DNA from: Longimicrobiales bacterium | Lineage (GTDB): Bacteria > Gemmatimonadota > Gemmatimonadetes > Longimicrobiales > Gaopeijiaceae | Length of the DNA stretch: 64,000 bases | Reading direction: 5' to 3' | Assembly (NCBI GenBank): GCA_965206455.1 | Contig: CBDBJS010000002.1 | Location: 3,327,779 to 3,391,778 of the forward strand | In this document: piece after piece, positions 7,482 through 17,550 of the stretch | Layout: each line of letters opens with the position of its first letter | How positions within the stretch are numbered: position 1 is the stretch's first letter | Position numbers and translations under genes: made by a program | The notes under the pieces: model-generated | The model's database searches: none | Told to the model about the DNA's origin: nothing | Seen by the model: only the letters and a program-made list of their open reading frames with translations

Positions 7482-9311
7482 CTACCTCATTCCGCAGGGC
7501 CGACCGGCCTCTCGTATCGCGTCGGCTGCACCTTCCAGCGAGTAGGTGTAGCGGACGGCGCCCACTTCCTCCCAGTCCAGTTCGATCACCAGGGAGTCGC
7601 TCGCCGTGGAAGGACTCTCCAGGAGGCGCCTGACGAATTCGGCATCCGAACTCTCGCCCGTGCCCCTGTCCTGGGCGTCCTCCCGGTCAAGGAAGATCCG
7701 GTAGCGGGGGGGGATCGCGTGGGCTTGCAATACGACCGCTTCTTCGCCCCAAATAGTCCGCAGTTGCAGGGGTCCCGTGACTATTGACCCTGGAACTGCC
7801 GGCGCGGTTGGGCGGGGCTGTTCCCAGAACCCAAGTAGGGCGGGGGCGACGTTACCCATTTCTCTCTCGTTGGCGTTGAGGCATAGATACCGGATCATAC
7901 TTCGGAAGTCGCCCTCGACGTCGGCCAGCGCCTCGGGCGGGCCTGCGGGGGGCGAATAGGCATTGCCCATGGTGTCGATCGGGTTGCCCTCGTCAGCGTC
8001 GATCTCCACCCACCATTTAGTCGGCTCCTGGTCCGCGGCGGCCCCATCCGTCTCCGCAACGGCACTTTCGGCGGATGTCGCCTCGGGTAGTTCCACCGCA
8101 TCCCTCTGCCCCGTCGTATCGCCTTCCAACTCATACACCGCCACGCTCTCCACGTCCATGTCGTCCGTGTGTACGCCGAGAACCAGCCCACCGGCCACGT
8201 CGAGAATGCGGAACCTCGGTGGGGCCTCCACCGTGCCCAGCCACTCCCCGTCGGCGGAGACGACCGTGTAGTCGGACGCGCCCTCGCGAGCTCCTCCCGG
8301 CCGGTACGAAGGCAACCACACCCGGCCCTCCGCGTCGCCGAAAGGAATGGTGAAGAGGGGCATCGGCCCGCCGATGACCGCCCGATAAACGGCCATGTCA
8401 TCATCGGTCATGCGATCGATGTCGGCATCCGGCGCGCCCGGGTTGGCCATCCGGTTGCCCGCCCGGAGTCCGGCCTCGATCCCGTCAAGCAACTCCTCGG
8501 TCAGCGGAGCCGGCTCGGCCTGCCAGCGCACGATCTGGGTTACGGTGCCATCGGGCAGACGCCAGGTGACCTCCGGCCTGTCGGAACGCCCGTAGACGAA
8601 CTGACCGGAGGCGACGGCAACCGTACCGACCGCTCCGATCGGGTTCCACCGCAGCGCCTGCGGAGGACGCGAGATGAAGTCGTAGGACGCGACCGTGTCG
8701 AGAGCGCCGGTCCCCATGTCGAACCTGGCCATGTGCCCGGGGAGCCACTCCCCTTCAAAGCCGGACCTGAACGAATTCGTGGCCATCAGCAGCTGTCCGG
8801 ATGAGCCGATTCCCTGGACACCCAGACCGGCCATGCGCCGGATGTCCACCGTGCGCTCGACCGAACCGCCGGCAAAGACGGTCACCCGGTACAGGTCGAG
8901 GTCGGCCGCCAGCACCCTGTCCTGCCCCAGCGCGAAAACGGCTCCAACGTAACTGACGTCACCCGGTCCCTCCCCCGGCCCGGCCAGCACCTCGTGCGTC
9001 GTGCCGTCCGGGCTCAACACGACCAGCTCTTCGTTGAACACGTCCGACACCACGGCGCTGCCGTCCGGCAGGAGGCTACCGGGGTGGATTCCCTGGAAGG
9101 CGTAGTCGCCCGGGTTGGCGCCGTGGCGGTACAGTGGCTCCGCAGGAAACTGGAAGGGAGCATTGATGACCGGGGTCCCCATGTACTCCACGATCCGCAC
9201 ACCGGCGCTGTCTTCGATTTGGAGGGGGATGCCGGCAGTCGAGCCCGTTTCGGTCTGGCACGCCGCGAGGGCCACCGCCACCACGATCATGAGCTGGCTT
9301 CGGCTTGGCAT
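7482..9311 (-). CDS. Lipoprotein with beta-propeller-like repeats plus extra C-terminal domain
   Basis: Lipobox VAVALAAC. The GPGEGPGD motif and repetitive beta-rich sequence resemble the '6-bladed beta-propeller' lipoprotein family. There are paralogues at 19095-20177 and 24470-25777. Confidence 0.7.
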   Translation of the reverse strand: MPSRSQLMIVVAVALAACQTETGSTAGIPLQIEDSAGVRIVEYMGTPVINAPFQFPAEPLYRHGANPGDYAFQGIHPGSLLPDGSAVVSDVFNEELVVLSPDGTTHEVLAGPGEGPGDVSYVGAVFALGQDRVLAADLDLYRVTVFAGGSVERTVDIRRMAGLGVQGIGSSGQLLMATNSFRSGFEGEWLPGHMARFDMGTGALDTVASYDFISRPPQALRWNPIGAVGTVAVASGQFVYGRSDRPEVTWRLPDGTVTQIVRWQAEPAPLTEELLDGIEAGLRAGNRMANPGAPDADIDRMTDDDMAVYRAVIGGPMPLFTIPFGDAEGRVWLPSYRPGGAREGASDYTVVSADGEWLGTVEAPPRFRILDVAGGLVLGVHTDDMDVESVAVYELEGDTTGQRDAVELPEATSAESAVAETDGAAADQEPTKWWVEIDADEGNPIDTMGNAYSPPAGPPEALADVEGDFRSMIRYLCLNANEREMGNVAPALLGFWEQPRPTAPAVPGSIVTGPLQLRTIWGEEAVVLQAHAIPPRYRIFLDREDAQDRGTGESSDAEFVRRLLESPSTASDSLVIELDWEEVGAVRYTYSLEGAADAIREAGRPCGMR

Positions 9312-9445
9312 TTCGACTCTCCCTACTTGTGGAGCAGCGCGACTCCCATCTACACGACACTAGGGTCCGGTCGGACCACTTGCAAACCGAGGAACCCGCA
9401 CCTCGGACAGGCCTATACGCCGGAGGCTCTTCCCGCGCTGTCGGT

Positions 9446-10171
9446 TCAACCAGTTTCAATCGGTCGTACTTGCCCGTCGAAGAGCTCGACGGGAAAAAAG
9501 AAGGCATTCGTCACGAGGAGATGGGTCCGTTCAGATGGCAGTGTGAATCTCGCTTCGAACTGTCGCGAGTTGACACAACGGTCCAGCGGGATGTCGGATG
9601 GCTCAACCTGCACGTGGAGTCCAATGCCCAAGCGAAACGCCACGACTCGAAGCTCCGTGCACTCGGTATGGGCGAAGCCCCTGATCTCCAACGTGTCAGC
9701 GTAGACTTGCACTTCCGCACTTGCAGGGGGCCCAGCATCGACTTCCGGTCCCTCGATGAAGGAAACGGGGTACTCGGGCACCGCTCGGGGGTCAGGGGCG
9801 ATGTGGACCTGCACAGTTCTACGCTCCACATGGCATCTGTCACCGCCGACGTCAACATGAACGATGTCCGTCAGGAACCCGGGCTTACGGACGAGGATTG
9901 TGTGGTTTCCAGGAAGCTCGCTGCTCCAATTGCCGGTAAGACGCAGGTCATCGGTCGCGGAGAGTTCGGTGAGAGTTCCGCTCTCATGCTCGGATCTGCC
10001 CGTCACACCGCGAGCGGCAGGCATCCCGGTCACGGGATCACGGACTTCCACGACCACACTCGGACGCAACTCATCTGTGCAAGTGACAATAAGAAGATCG
10101 CAGCTGGAAAGCGCTGCGGCAGTTCCCAACACGAGTAGTGTCCGTGAAGCCAGGCGGTGTTGTGTGGTCAT
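9446..10171 (-). CDS. Hypothetical lipoprotein
   Basis: MTTQHRLASRTLLVLGTAAALSSC signal plus lipobox. ATG 10171 is preferred over the tracker's TTG 10177. No family recognised. Confidence 0.6.
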   Translation of the reverse strand: MTTQHRLASRTLLVLGTAAALSSCDLLIVTCTDELRPSVVVEVRDPVTGMPAARGVTGRSEHESGTLTELSATDDLRLTGNWSSELPGNHTILVRKPGFLTDIVHVDVGGDRCHVERRTVQVHIAPDPRAVPEYPVSFIEGPEVDAGPPASAEVQVYADTLEIRGFAHTECTELRVVAFRLGIGLHVQVEPSDIPLDRCVNSRQFEARFTLPSERTHLLVTNAFFFPVELFDGQVRPIETG

Positions 10172-10178
10172 AGCCAAT

Positions 10179-10260
10179 GGTAACTCCGAGTTACCGGTCA
10201 GCAGGTCGCGGTGGTACAGACTGTAAACTTTACATTACATAATGTAATGCTGTCATTACA
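10179..10260. promoter_or_regulatory. GC hairpin over the putative SD plus three overlapping AT-rich palindromes upstream of the lipoprotein gene
   Basis: GGTAACT-CCG-AGTTACC at 10179-10195. TGTAAA-C-TTTACA at 10222-10234. CATTACAT-A-ATGTAATG at 10233-10249. TGTAATG-CTGT-CATTACA at 10243-10260. Confidence 0.6.
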
Positions 10261-10340
10261 TTCTGCCGACGAATGAGGGCGCTGACGCTTCGGTTCGCTC
10301 GGCGGGGTGGTCGGCCGGCTGGTGTCAGGTGGGGATGGCC

Positions 10341-13300
10341 TCAGGCCGGGATGGTGTCGGGCCGGATCGTATCCGGCTGGACCGTGTCGGGCTGAACGAC
10401 CTCCGTGGAGTCGCGGGCGGCGGTCGCGGTGTCGGCGGCAGCAGAGTCCAGAGCGGCGTCAGTATCGGCTCCCTCGTCCCCGGGGCCAGCCACAGTGTCG
10501 GTCTCCGCCACCACAGATTCTTCCTCAGTGCCCGGATCCTCCTCCGCGCCAGCCGGCTCCGAAGCCGTCTCCATCCGCACCGCACCGCTCCCCACGTCCA
10601 CGGAAAACACGGTGCGGATCATCGCCCGGTCGGAAAGCATGCGGATGTTGGGCGCAAGCTCGGGGGGACGGGCGAAGCGGTCATTCCCCACAAGCTCGCC
10701 GGGGCGAAGGTGGTGCTCCACCACGGCGAAGCGGATTTCTCCCGCGCCCTCCTCGTGCTCGAAGTCGAGGATAACGCCGTCGCCGTCCGCCGTCCCCCAG
10801 TGCTCGATCTGTGACCCGCGCCGGTCGCCGGGAACAGACTTGCCGTTCAGCGCGGCGAGTCGGGGACCGTCTTCGCCGAATCGAAAGAGCATCATCTCCG
10901 CGCCGATTTCGGAGGCCACGATCACGCGGAGCAGGCCCGAAGGAACGGTGCTGTCCGCCACGATGGACACGGTCGGCGGAGGCACGTCGATCGGATCTCC
11001 GGCGGCGAGGGCATAGCGAACGCTCCGGGGACTGAAGTCGGCGAGGGGTCCGGGGGCCTCGGGGGTGGCGCCAAAGGGCCCGGCTACCTCAACCGCCCAC
11101 TGGGCGCCCGGGTCCGAGTCGTCCCGGGTGGGGTCGGTGCCCCAGTATGCGGAACCGGTCTCCCGGTCCAGGGCGTAGACGAGCGTCGAGGGAGCGGGCC
11201 GGTCGGCCGAGGGAGAGGCGGTCGACATTCCCACCGCGAGAAACACCCCTGCGATAGCCAGCCCCGCGAGGGGTGCCCACCACCCGTTCGGCTCCCGCAG
11301 TGTGTCGAGCAGCGGCAGCAGCTGAAGGAAGACGAGCGCGGCCAGAACGGCCACCACAGGCGCCAGCGCAAGGCCCATCGCGAGCCACACACTCTCGATC
11401 AACGGCGTCAGCACCACCACGACGGGCACGGCCGCCACCACCGCCACCAACCAGCGCAGGAGCCCGATCCGCCCATCCCGTGGGAGCCCCGCGACCGCCA
11501 TCGCCCCGATGCAGCCTGCCAGCGCCGGCCACTGGAAGTTCATGGCGGCCATCGGGAACATCACGGTCGCCACGGCGGCGAGCGCCACGGGGACGAAAAG
11601 AGCGCCGACGGCCAGCTCGGCCAGCGAGAACCACCTTCTGAGCAGTGACAGGATCGCTGCCGCGAGGGCGAACGCGGTACTCACAATGGCTAGGACGTAC
11701 CAGCCTTCGCTGTGGAACGCTCCCGCCTGAAGGGCGCCGGCTTCCGGATGCGCGCCGCTGCGCCAGGCGTAGAGGTAGAACGCTGCCGCGCCCGCTGCTC
11801 CGGTCAGTACGACCGTGGCCCCGAAGCCCGCGACAATACACTTCGTCCGGAACCCGCTTCGCTTCCCCACCAGGAGCGCGAGGACCCATGCTACAACCGC
11901 GAGCACACCCAACACCCAAATCCACAGTGCGCCGTAGGTCACCAACCCCAGAAACGGGATCGAGATGTAGCTGACGTCGGGCCCGTCGACCATGCTCAGA
12001 TCGGCGTTGCCGAAGTGTTGCAGCATGGCCACCGCGTGCTCGCCGTGGTGCTGCAGCGTCCGCTCGTCGAAGTTGTCGGGCGAATCGTAGACCTGGTGGT
12101 AGACGTGCGCCCGGCCCAGCCCGGCAAAGTTCAACCCCTGCTTCCCGGCTTCCTTGAAGGGCGAGAAATCCGTGTCGTTGGGCATCCGCTTGTAGATCTC
12201 GTAGCTCACCGAATTCGCGGACGGATAGGGATCCGCCTGGCGCAGCGCCTCGATCACCCAGCCGTTTTCGGCACCCGTCTCGAACATCATGGACGGGCCG
12301 CCGCCGCCCCGCATTTCAATCGACACGACAAGCGCCACATCATCCATCCACGGGTGCTCGTCGACGAACGCGCGGGCACCCAGCAGTCCCGGCTCCTCCG
12401 CGTCGGTAATCAGGACGATCAGATCGTTGCGGAGCTGGCCGCGCTCGCCCAGGGCTCTCACCCCTTCCAGGATGGTGACCACACCCGAGCCGTCGTCGCC
12501 GGCGCCGCGCGCGATCTCGCGGCTGTCGTAGTGCGCGGTGACGAGTACGGCACGGCCGCCGGGATCGGAGCCGGGGATCCTTGCCACCACGTTCCGGACC
12601 GTCGCCGCGCGAGGGGCAAAGCTGCCTCCCGCGAACGAAGTGGTGGTCTGCACGGTGGGGTCGTGCCCGAGGCCGCGCAGCTGTTCCAGCAGGTATTCGC
12701 GTACCCGGCCGTGCGCGGGGGATCCGGGGGGATGGGGGTCCGAGGCGATCCGCACGAGGTGCGTCATCGCCCGCGCCGAAGAGAACACCGAATCCGGGGC
12801 GCTGGCCGGAACCGGCGCCGGGGCCACCCTGAAGGAGCTCGAGAACCAGGCCGCAACGACAAGGAGGACCAGGGAGACGGGCCCGCGCATGCCTCTCCAG
12901 GGCGGAGGCGCCAGCGCCGCCTCTTCGGGCGCGGCGGCGGCGGGCGCGGCTGCTTCGGTCGTGGGGCCGGCCTGCGTCCCGGGGCCAGCTTCGGTCGTTC
13001 GTCCAACGCGCGGATGACTCCCCGCCGTGGCCGGCGCTGCCGCCCGAGCAACCTTCTTGCGCTTCAGTCTCCCCAAGAACGAACGCTTGCCACGCCCAGG
13101 CTCCCCGGCAGGAGGCTTGCGGCCGGCGGCTGACGGATCACCCCCGCGCTTCGAGCGGTCCCCGGGCGATGCCCGCCCCGTGGTTGGCGCCCGACCCGTC
13201 GCCGGTGCCCGACCCGCCGGAGAAGCCCGCTCCCCAACCGTCGCCGGGTCCCCGGACGGCTCCCCCGCACCACCGTCCTCCGCTCCCTCCTTCGCAGCCG

Positions 13301-13397
13301 CTTCCTTCGCGATATCGCGCTCCAGCTCCTCGATCTCTTCTTCGCTGATCCCCAATTCCGCGAAGGATGGAATCCTCGGCAGCTTGTCGTCGCTCAT
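10341..13397 (-). CDS. M28-family metallopeptidase fused to a polytopic membrane domain, with low-complexity N-terminus
   Basis: RNVVARIPGSDPGGRAVLVTAHYDS...GAGDDGSGVVTILE...LITDAEEPGLLGARAF is the M28 aminopeptidase core. About 8 TM helices follow. The start is uncertain because the N-terminal 150 aa are Pro/Gly/Ala-rich. Confidence 0.8.
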   Translation of the reverse strand: MSDDKLPRIPSFAELGISEEEIEELERDIAKEAAAKEGAEDGGAGEPSGDPATVGERASPAGRAPATGRAPTTGRASPGDRSKRGGDPSAAGRKPPAGEPGRGKRSFLGRLKRKKVARAAAPATAGSHPRVGRTTEAGPGTQAGPTTEAAAPAAAAPEEAALAPPPWRGMRGPVSLVLLVVAAWFSSSFRVAPAPVPASAPDSVFSSARAMTHLVRIASDPHPPGSPAHGRVREYLLEQLRGLGHDPTVQTTTSFAGGSFAPRAATVRNVVARIPGSDPGGRAVLVTAHYDSREIARGAGDDGSGVVTILEGVRALGERGQLRNDLIVLITDAEEPGLLGARAFVDEHPWMDDVALVVSIEMRGGGGPSMMFETGAENGWVIEALRQADPYPSANSVSYEIYKRMPNDTDFSPFKEAGKQGLNFAGLGRAHVYHQVYDSPDNFDERTLQHHGEHAVAMLQHFGNADLSMVDGPDVSYISIPFLGLVTYGALWIWVLGVLAVVAWVLALLVGKRSGFRTKCIVAGFGATVVLTGAAGAAAFYLYAWRSGAHPEAGALQAGAFHSEGWYVLAIVSTAFALAAAILSLLRRWFSLAELAVGALFVPVALAAVATVMFPMAAMNFQWPALAGCIGAMAVAGLPRDGRIGLLRWLVAVVAAVPVVVVLTPLIESVWLAMGLALAPVVAVLAALVFLQLLPLLDTLREPNGWWAPLAGLAIAGVFLAVGMSTASPSADRPAPSTLVYALDRETGSAYWGTDPTRDDSDPGAQWAVEVAGPFGATPEAPGPLADFSPRSVRYALAAGDPIDVPPPTVSIVADSTVPSGLLRVIVASEIGAEMMLFRFGEDGPRLAALNGKSVPGDRRGSQIEHWGTADGDGVILDFEHEEGAGEIRFAVVEHHLRPGELVGNDRFARPPELAPNIRMLSDRAMIRTVFSVDVGSGAVRMETASEPAGAEEDPGTEEESVVAETDTVAGPGDEGADTDAALDSAAADTATAARDSTEVVQPDTVQPDTIRPDTIPA

Positions 13398-13409
13398 GGT
13401 TGGGTCCGC

Positions 13410-14891
13410 CTACAGCGGGCCGTCCTCCCAGGGTCCCCAGAGAGCGTAGGTCGCGCTCGCGGCCCCTTCGCCGGCCTTGCGGCCACCCTGCTGGTTGAAG
13501 AATAGCACCCGGCCATCGGGGCTGAAGCACGACCCCGCGAACTCGCCCGGCTGCCGTCCACCCTCCTCATGCGCCACCCTCACCAGGTTCACGATCCTCC
13601 CTTCGCGGTCCAGCCCGCGCACGAACTGGTCGCCGGCTCCGTCCTCGCACATCACCAGTCCCCCGCGCGAACTCAGCACGATGTTGTCCGGACTGTCCAG
13701 AACCTCCTTGGACGGCGACTCGAAGACCAGCGTCAGTTCTCCGGTGTCGGCGGATGTCGGCCTGTAGTGGAAGACCTGTCCGGCAGTCGCCTCCCCTCCG
13801 TTCGTCGAGACGACATAGATCCCGCCATCGCCGTGGAAAGCGCCCTCCAGACGTGCGAACCGAGCGGCGCCCTTCGCGACCCCCTGCTTGAAGACCGCCA
13901 GCCGATCTTCGCCCGCGGACACCGGGTCGGGATCGTTGATGTCCACCCAGTGCGCGGACAGAACCGTGCCGGGCGACTGGCCGCGCGCCGTCAGGTAGCC
14001 GGGCTCTCCGGTCACCGCCATCATCTGCAGCCTGCCGCCGGCGGCAAGCACCCCGGGCTCATCCGGGATGAAACGGTAGAGCCCCGCCCCGGGAAGCCGG
14101 TCCGGTACGTACCAGGCGTCTTCGGTCTCGTAGACGATGCCCGTCTCGGGATCCACCGCAATCGCCTCGTGGATGAAGCGGCCCATGGCGCGCAGGGGTA
14201 CCGGATCCACCGGACCGGTGGCGGACGCGGCAACTTCGAAGATGTAGCCGTGCGCCTCGTCGAAGCCCGACTCGGGACCGGCGGTGATTTCCTCGCACGA
14301 CAACCAGCTCCCCCACGGAGTGGGACCCCCGGCGCAGTTCACCCAGGTGCCTGCAAGCGACACGAACTCGTCCACGAGTTCGAAGCTCAGCTCGCCACCC
14401 TGCTCCGAGATTCGCACCTCCAGCGAGGTCGTGCCCCCGCTGGCTTTCGCGTCATAGTAGGGCTCGCCGATCGGCCGTGCCGAGTCCGGCTCATCCACCA
14501 TCTCGTGGTTGCGGATCAGACGGACGTTGCCGTTCGGAAGGGGAAACGCGGCCATCCCGTCGAAGGCGTTGGGCACGATCAGCCCGTCACGCACCGACGA
14601 CGGTACTCCGCCGGTGCTGATCCGCACGCACCGGAACGCCTCCGGGATCTCGATCTCGGGGCAGTCGGCGCTCGTCACCAAAGCACCGTAGGGTTCGATG
14701 AACGGGCTGCCGTCGCCCCGGAGGACGGCTTCCCCACGATCGGCCAGGCCCGCGACCTTCGAGGCGGAGTGACCGCGAGCGCGAACGCCGTTGAACGCGG
14801 CGAGTCCCGCCAGAGACGGCGTCAGCATGACACCCCCACTGGCGGTAGCGAGTTTCGTGAGGAATGCGCGGCGGGCAATGGTCATGTTCAT
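13410..14891 (-). CDS. TAT-exported DUF839/PhoX-like protein
   Basis: Twin-arginine signal MNMTIARRAFLTKLATASGG. The length and beta-propeller-like sequence fit the DUF839 (PhoX-type phosphatase) family. The function call is from memory only. Confidence 0.7.
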   Translation of the reverse strand: MNMTIARRAFLTKLATASGGVMLTPSLAGLAAFNGVRARGHSASKVAGLADRGEAVLRGDGSPFIEPYGALVTSADCPEIEIPEAFRCVRISTGGVPSSVRDGLIVPNAFDGMAAFPLPNGNVRLIRNHEMVDEPDSARPIGEPYYDAKASGGTTSLEVRISEQGGELSFELVDEFVSLAGTWVNCAGGPTPWGSWLSCEEITAGPESGFDEAHGYIFEVAASATGPVDPVPLRAMGRFIHEAIAVDPETGIVYETEDAWYVPDRLPGAGLYRFIPDEPGVLAAGGRLQMMAVTGEPGYLTARGQSPGTVLSAHWVDINDPDPVSAGEDRLAVFKQGVAKGAARFARLEGAFHGDGGIYVVSTNGGEATAGQVFHYRPTSADTGELTLVFESPSKEVLDSPDNIVLSSRGGLVMCEDGAGDQFVRGLDREGRIVNLVRVAHEEGGRQPGEFAGSCFSPDGRVLFFNQQGGRKAGEGAASATYALWGPWEDGPL

Positions 14892-15045
14892 GATCTCGAG
14901 CCGGGTGGGTGGGGCGCGGTGGTTCGCGGACTACCACAGTGGCGATCCGCGCGTCCGGGGCCAACCCCCAGTGACGTAACTGTTTCCGGGCAGGTTGCAA
15001 ATCCGTACGTTGCCACAGAACCCCAACCAACGGAGATGAGCACAA

Positions 15046-16230
15046 ATGTCGGGACAGACCAGGTTGATGTGGCAGAGCCGGCGGGACTTCCTGAAGACCT
15101 CCGCAGCCGCGGCCGGGGCACTGGGCCTCGGGGTCGCGTGCGGACCGTACGGGGACCAGGGAGACGACGCCCCGGCGCCCATGTCCATCCTCGTACTGGG
15201 CGGCACCGGATTCATCGGCCCCCACATGGTGCGGTACGCCGTTTCGCGCGGCCACACGGTCACCCTCTTCAACCGGGGACAGACCAACACGCACCTCTTC
15301 CCCGATCTGGAAAAGCTGGTGGGCGACCGCGATGGCAACCTGTCAGCCCTGGAGGGCCGACGCTTTGACGCGGTCATCGACAACTCGGGGTTTGTACCGC
15401 GCCATGTGCGTGACTCGGCGACGCTGCTGGCCGACTCCGGCCGCTACGTGTTCGTGTCCTCCATCTCCGCCTACAAGGACCTGACTCCTCCCGGAATCAC
15501 CGTGGACTACGAGGTGGGCCGGCTGGAGGACCCCACCGTGGAGGAAGTGACCGGCGCGACCTACGGTCCCCTCAAGGCGCTTTGCGAAGAGGCGGTCCAG
15601 GAAATCTTCGGCGAGCGCGCGAACATCGTACGTCCCGGCTACATCGTCGGCCCCGGGGACAACACTGACCGGTGGACGTACTGGCCGGTGCGGGTAGCGG
15701 CGGGCGGGGACATGGCGGTACCGGGCGTTCCGGAAGACCCGGTACAGTTCATTGACGCGCGCGACCTCGGGGGCTGGATGATCCACATGGTCGAGAACGG
15801 GGTCGGGGGCGTCTTCAACGGGGTGGGACCGGCCGAGCCGGTGAACATGCGCGAGATGTTGGAGGCGTGCCGCGAGGTGAGCGGTTCAGACGCCGTCTTC
15901 CACTGGATCGATGCGGGGTTCGTTGCCGAACAGGGCGCGCGGTTCCCGATCTGGGATTTGATGACCGGAGATTTCGGCGGGGCCCACCAGGTGGACCTTT
16001 CCCGCTCGATCGAAACCGGGTACACCAGCCGGCCGATTGCCGAGACGATCCGTGACACCCTGGAGTGGTGGAACACGCTGGGCGAGGAGGACCGGCCCGG
16101 CGGCGCGATGCGGAGCGGATTGCGGAAGCCGCCGGATCTGGGCGGCGGGCCCGCCACGATGGAGGCCACGATGGAGGCCATGATGGAGGCCGAAGCGGCG
16201 TTGCTGGAGGCGTGGGCGGCCCGCGGGTAG
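15046..16230 (+). CDS. TAT-signal NAD-dependent epimerase/dehydratase (SDR) family protein
   Basis: SRRDFLKTSAAAAG TAT motif and the Rossmann motif ILVLGGTGFIGPHMV. Paralogue at 21266-22411. Confidence 0.8.
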   Translation: MSGQTRLMWQSRRDFLKTSAAAAGALGLGVACGPYGDQGDDAPAPMSILVLGGTGFIGPHMVRYAVSRGHTVTLFNRGQTNTHLFPDLEKLVGDRDGNLSALEGRRFDAVIDNSGFVPRHVRDSATLLADSGRYVFVSSISAYKDLTPPGITVDYEVGRLEDPTVEEVTGATYGPLKALCEEAVQEIFGERANIVRPGYIVGPGDNTDRWTYWPVRVAAGGDMAVPGVPEDPVQFIDARDLGGWMIHMVENGVGGVFNGVGPAEPVNMREMLEACREVSGSDAVFHWIDAGFVAEQGARFPIWDLMTGDFGGAHQVDLSRSIETGYTSRPIAETIRDTLEWWNTLGEEDRPGGAMRSGLRKPPDLGGGPATMEATMEAMMEAEAALLEAWAARG

Positions 16231-16254
16231 GGGTGCGGAAAGGCAGATATCGTC

Positions 16255-16653
16255 ATGGAGATTCAGATCAACTGGTCGCGGAACAACGGGGTGCTCATCG
16301 CGAGGCCCGTGGGCCGCATCTTCAGTTCCAACTACCTGGAATGGCAAAGCGCGCTGGAGTCCGGCATCGAACCGCACAGCCGCGCGTTGGTCGTCGACTT
16401 CACGCAGGTTCCGTACCTGAGCAGCGCCGGCCTCCGGGTCCTGATGACGACTGCGAAGAGATTCGCAGGACCCGGTCACGCATTCGGGATCTGCCAGCTC
16501 CCCCGCAAGGTCCGGAAGGTCCTCGCCGCCAGCGGCTTCGACAGGGTTGTCCCGGTGTACGAGTCGGAAGCCGCGGCGGTCGCCGCAATCACCGGAGAAG
16601 ACGGCGATGGCTCCAGACCGGTAGCACCGGACAGCGACCCCCGGCAGGCCTAA
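16255..16653 (+). CDS. STAS-domain anti-sigma-factor antagonist
   Basis: LVVDFTQVPYLSSAGLRVLM...VLAASGFDRV is the typical SpoIIAA/STAS pattern with the phosphorylatable Ser. Confidence 0.8.
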   Translation: MEIQINWSRNNGVLIARPVGRIFSSNYLEWQSALESGIEPHSRALVVDFTQVPYLSSAGLRVLMTTAKRFAGPGHAFGICQLPRKVRKVLAASGFDRVVPVYESEAAAVAAITGEDGDGSRPVAPDSDPRQA

Positions 16654-17516
16654 CCGCCAGGCCGCAAGACCTCACCGCCATTGCCCGCCTTCCAGGCGTC
16701 GTAGCGCATCCTGAGCGTCTTCACCGGATTGGCGTTCTCGCCCGTCTGGATGTTTTCGTCGGTCACGTCGATGTAGAGCGAGTATTCGCCGTCGTTGAAC
16801 GACTCCCCCTCGGGGTCGTCTGCGTCTGCGACGAGGATGTAGGCAACGAACGACGTCTTCCCGTCGCAGGGCACATGGTCGAGCACGGGCTCCGACTCGC
16901 AGGTGCAGCGGCTGTCCCCGCCCGCGTCATCGGCGGCCTCCATGGCGGCCATGACCCGGTCGGCCATTGTGCCGCCCTCGGTCTTGAATGCCTCGACGGC
17001 CAGGTTCACGACATCGTCCGAAGTCAGGATGTTACCCTGGACCGAGAAGAAGATTCCGGCGTCCGGAATGCTGTCGGCCACCGCCAGCGAAGCCTCGCCG
17101 TTTCCGCTCCCGGAGTGGCCCGCGCAGCGTCCCTGCAGGTCCACGATCCCGAACTGCCGCCGCTCGAAAAGCGAATCGGCCGAAAGCATGTCGATGATCT
17201 CCTCCGGCGCGGTCCCCGCATTCAGCTCGCGGTAGATAAGGCGCTGGTTCTCTCGCGTGTCGTCCACCCCCGCCTGGGCCGCCGCGACCGCCACGCCCGG
17301 CACGACGATCGCCTGGATGTCCATGAGCCCTTTCGCCGGGAATCCCGCGAAGCGGCCCTGTGGCACGCATGTCGCGGACGCTATGATCACCTGGCCGGTG
17401 CGCGTGTCGATGGCGACCACGGACCAGGTGGCCGACACGAGGGCAGGAAGAAGCGCCAGCAACAGAAGCGAGGCCAGAAGGCGGCGGGCTTGCCGGGCAG
17501 GGGAGAAGCGGGTCAT
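16650..17516 (-). CDS. DUF1028 (Ntn-hydrolase-like) secreted protein
   Basis: Signal peptide, then the TWSVVAIDTRTGQVIIASATC N-terminal nucleophile pattern. Start taken at ATG 17516; the longer 563-aa tracker ORF is upstream noise. Confidence 0.75.
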   Translation of the reverse strand: MTRFSPARQARRLLASLLLLALLPALVSATWSVVAIDTRTGQVIIASATCVPQGRFAGFPAKGLMDIQAIVVPGVAVAAAQAGVDDTRENQRLIYRELNAGTAPEEIIDMLSADSLFERRQFGIVDLQGRCAGHSGSGNGEASLAVADSIPDAGIFFSVQGNILTSDDVVNLAVEAFKTEGGTMADRVMAAMEAADDAGGDSRCTCESEPVLDHVPCDGKTSFVAYILVADADDPEGESFNDGEYSLYIDVTDENIQTGENANPVKTLRMRYDAWKAGNGGEVLRPGG

Positions 17517-17550
17517 CGTAAGCTCCGTTGTGCAGAAGTGACGGTTTCGG

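Noticed and set aside
16153-16188. 12-bp tandem repeat (GCCACGATGGAG x3) encoding ATMEATMEAMME at the epimerase C-terminus
   Set aside because: It is real but trivial: a short low-complexity tail of a housekeeping-type gene with no evident functional implication.
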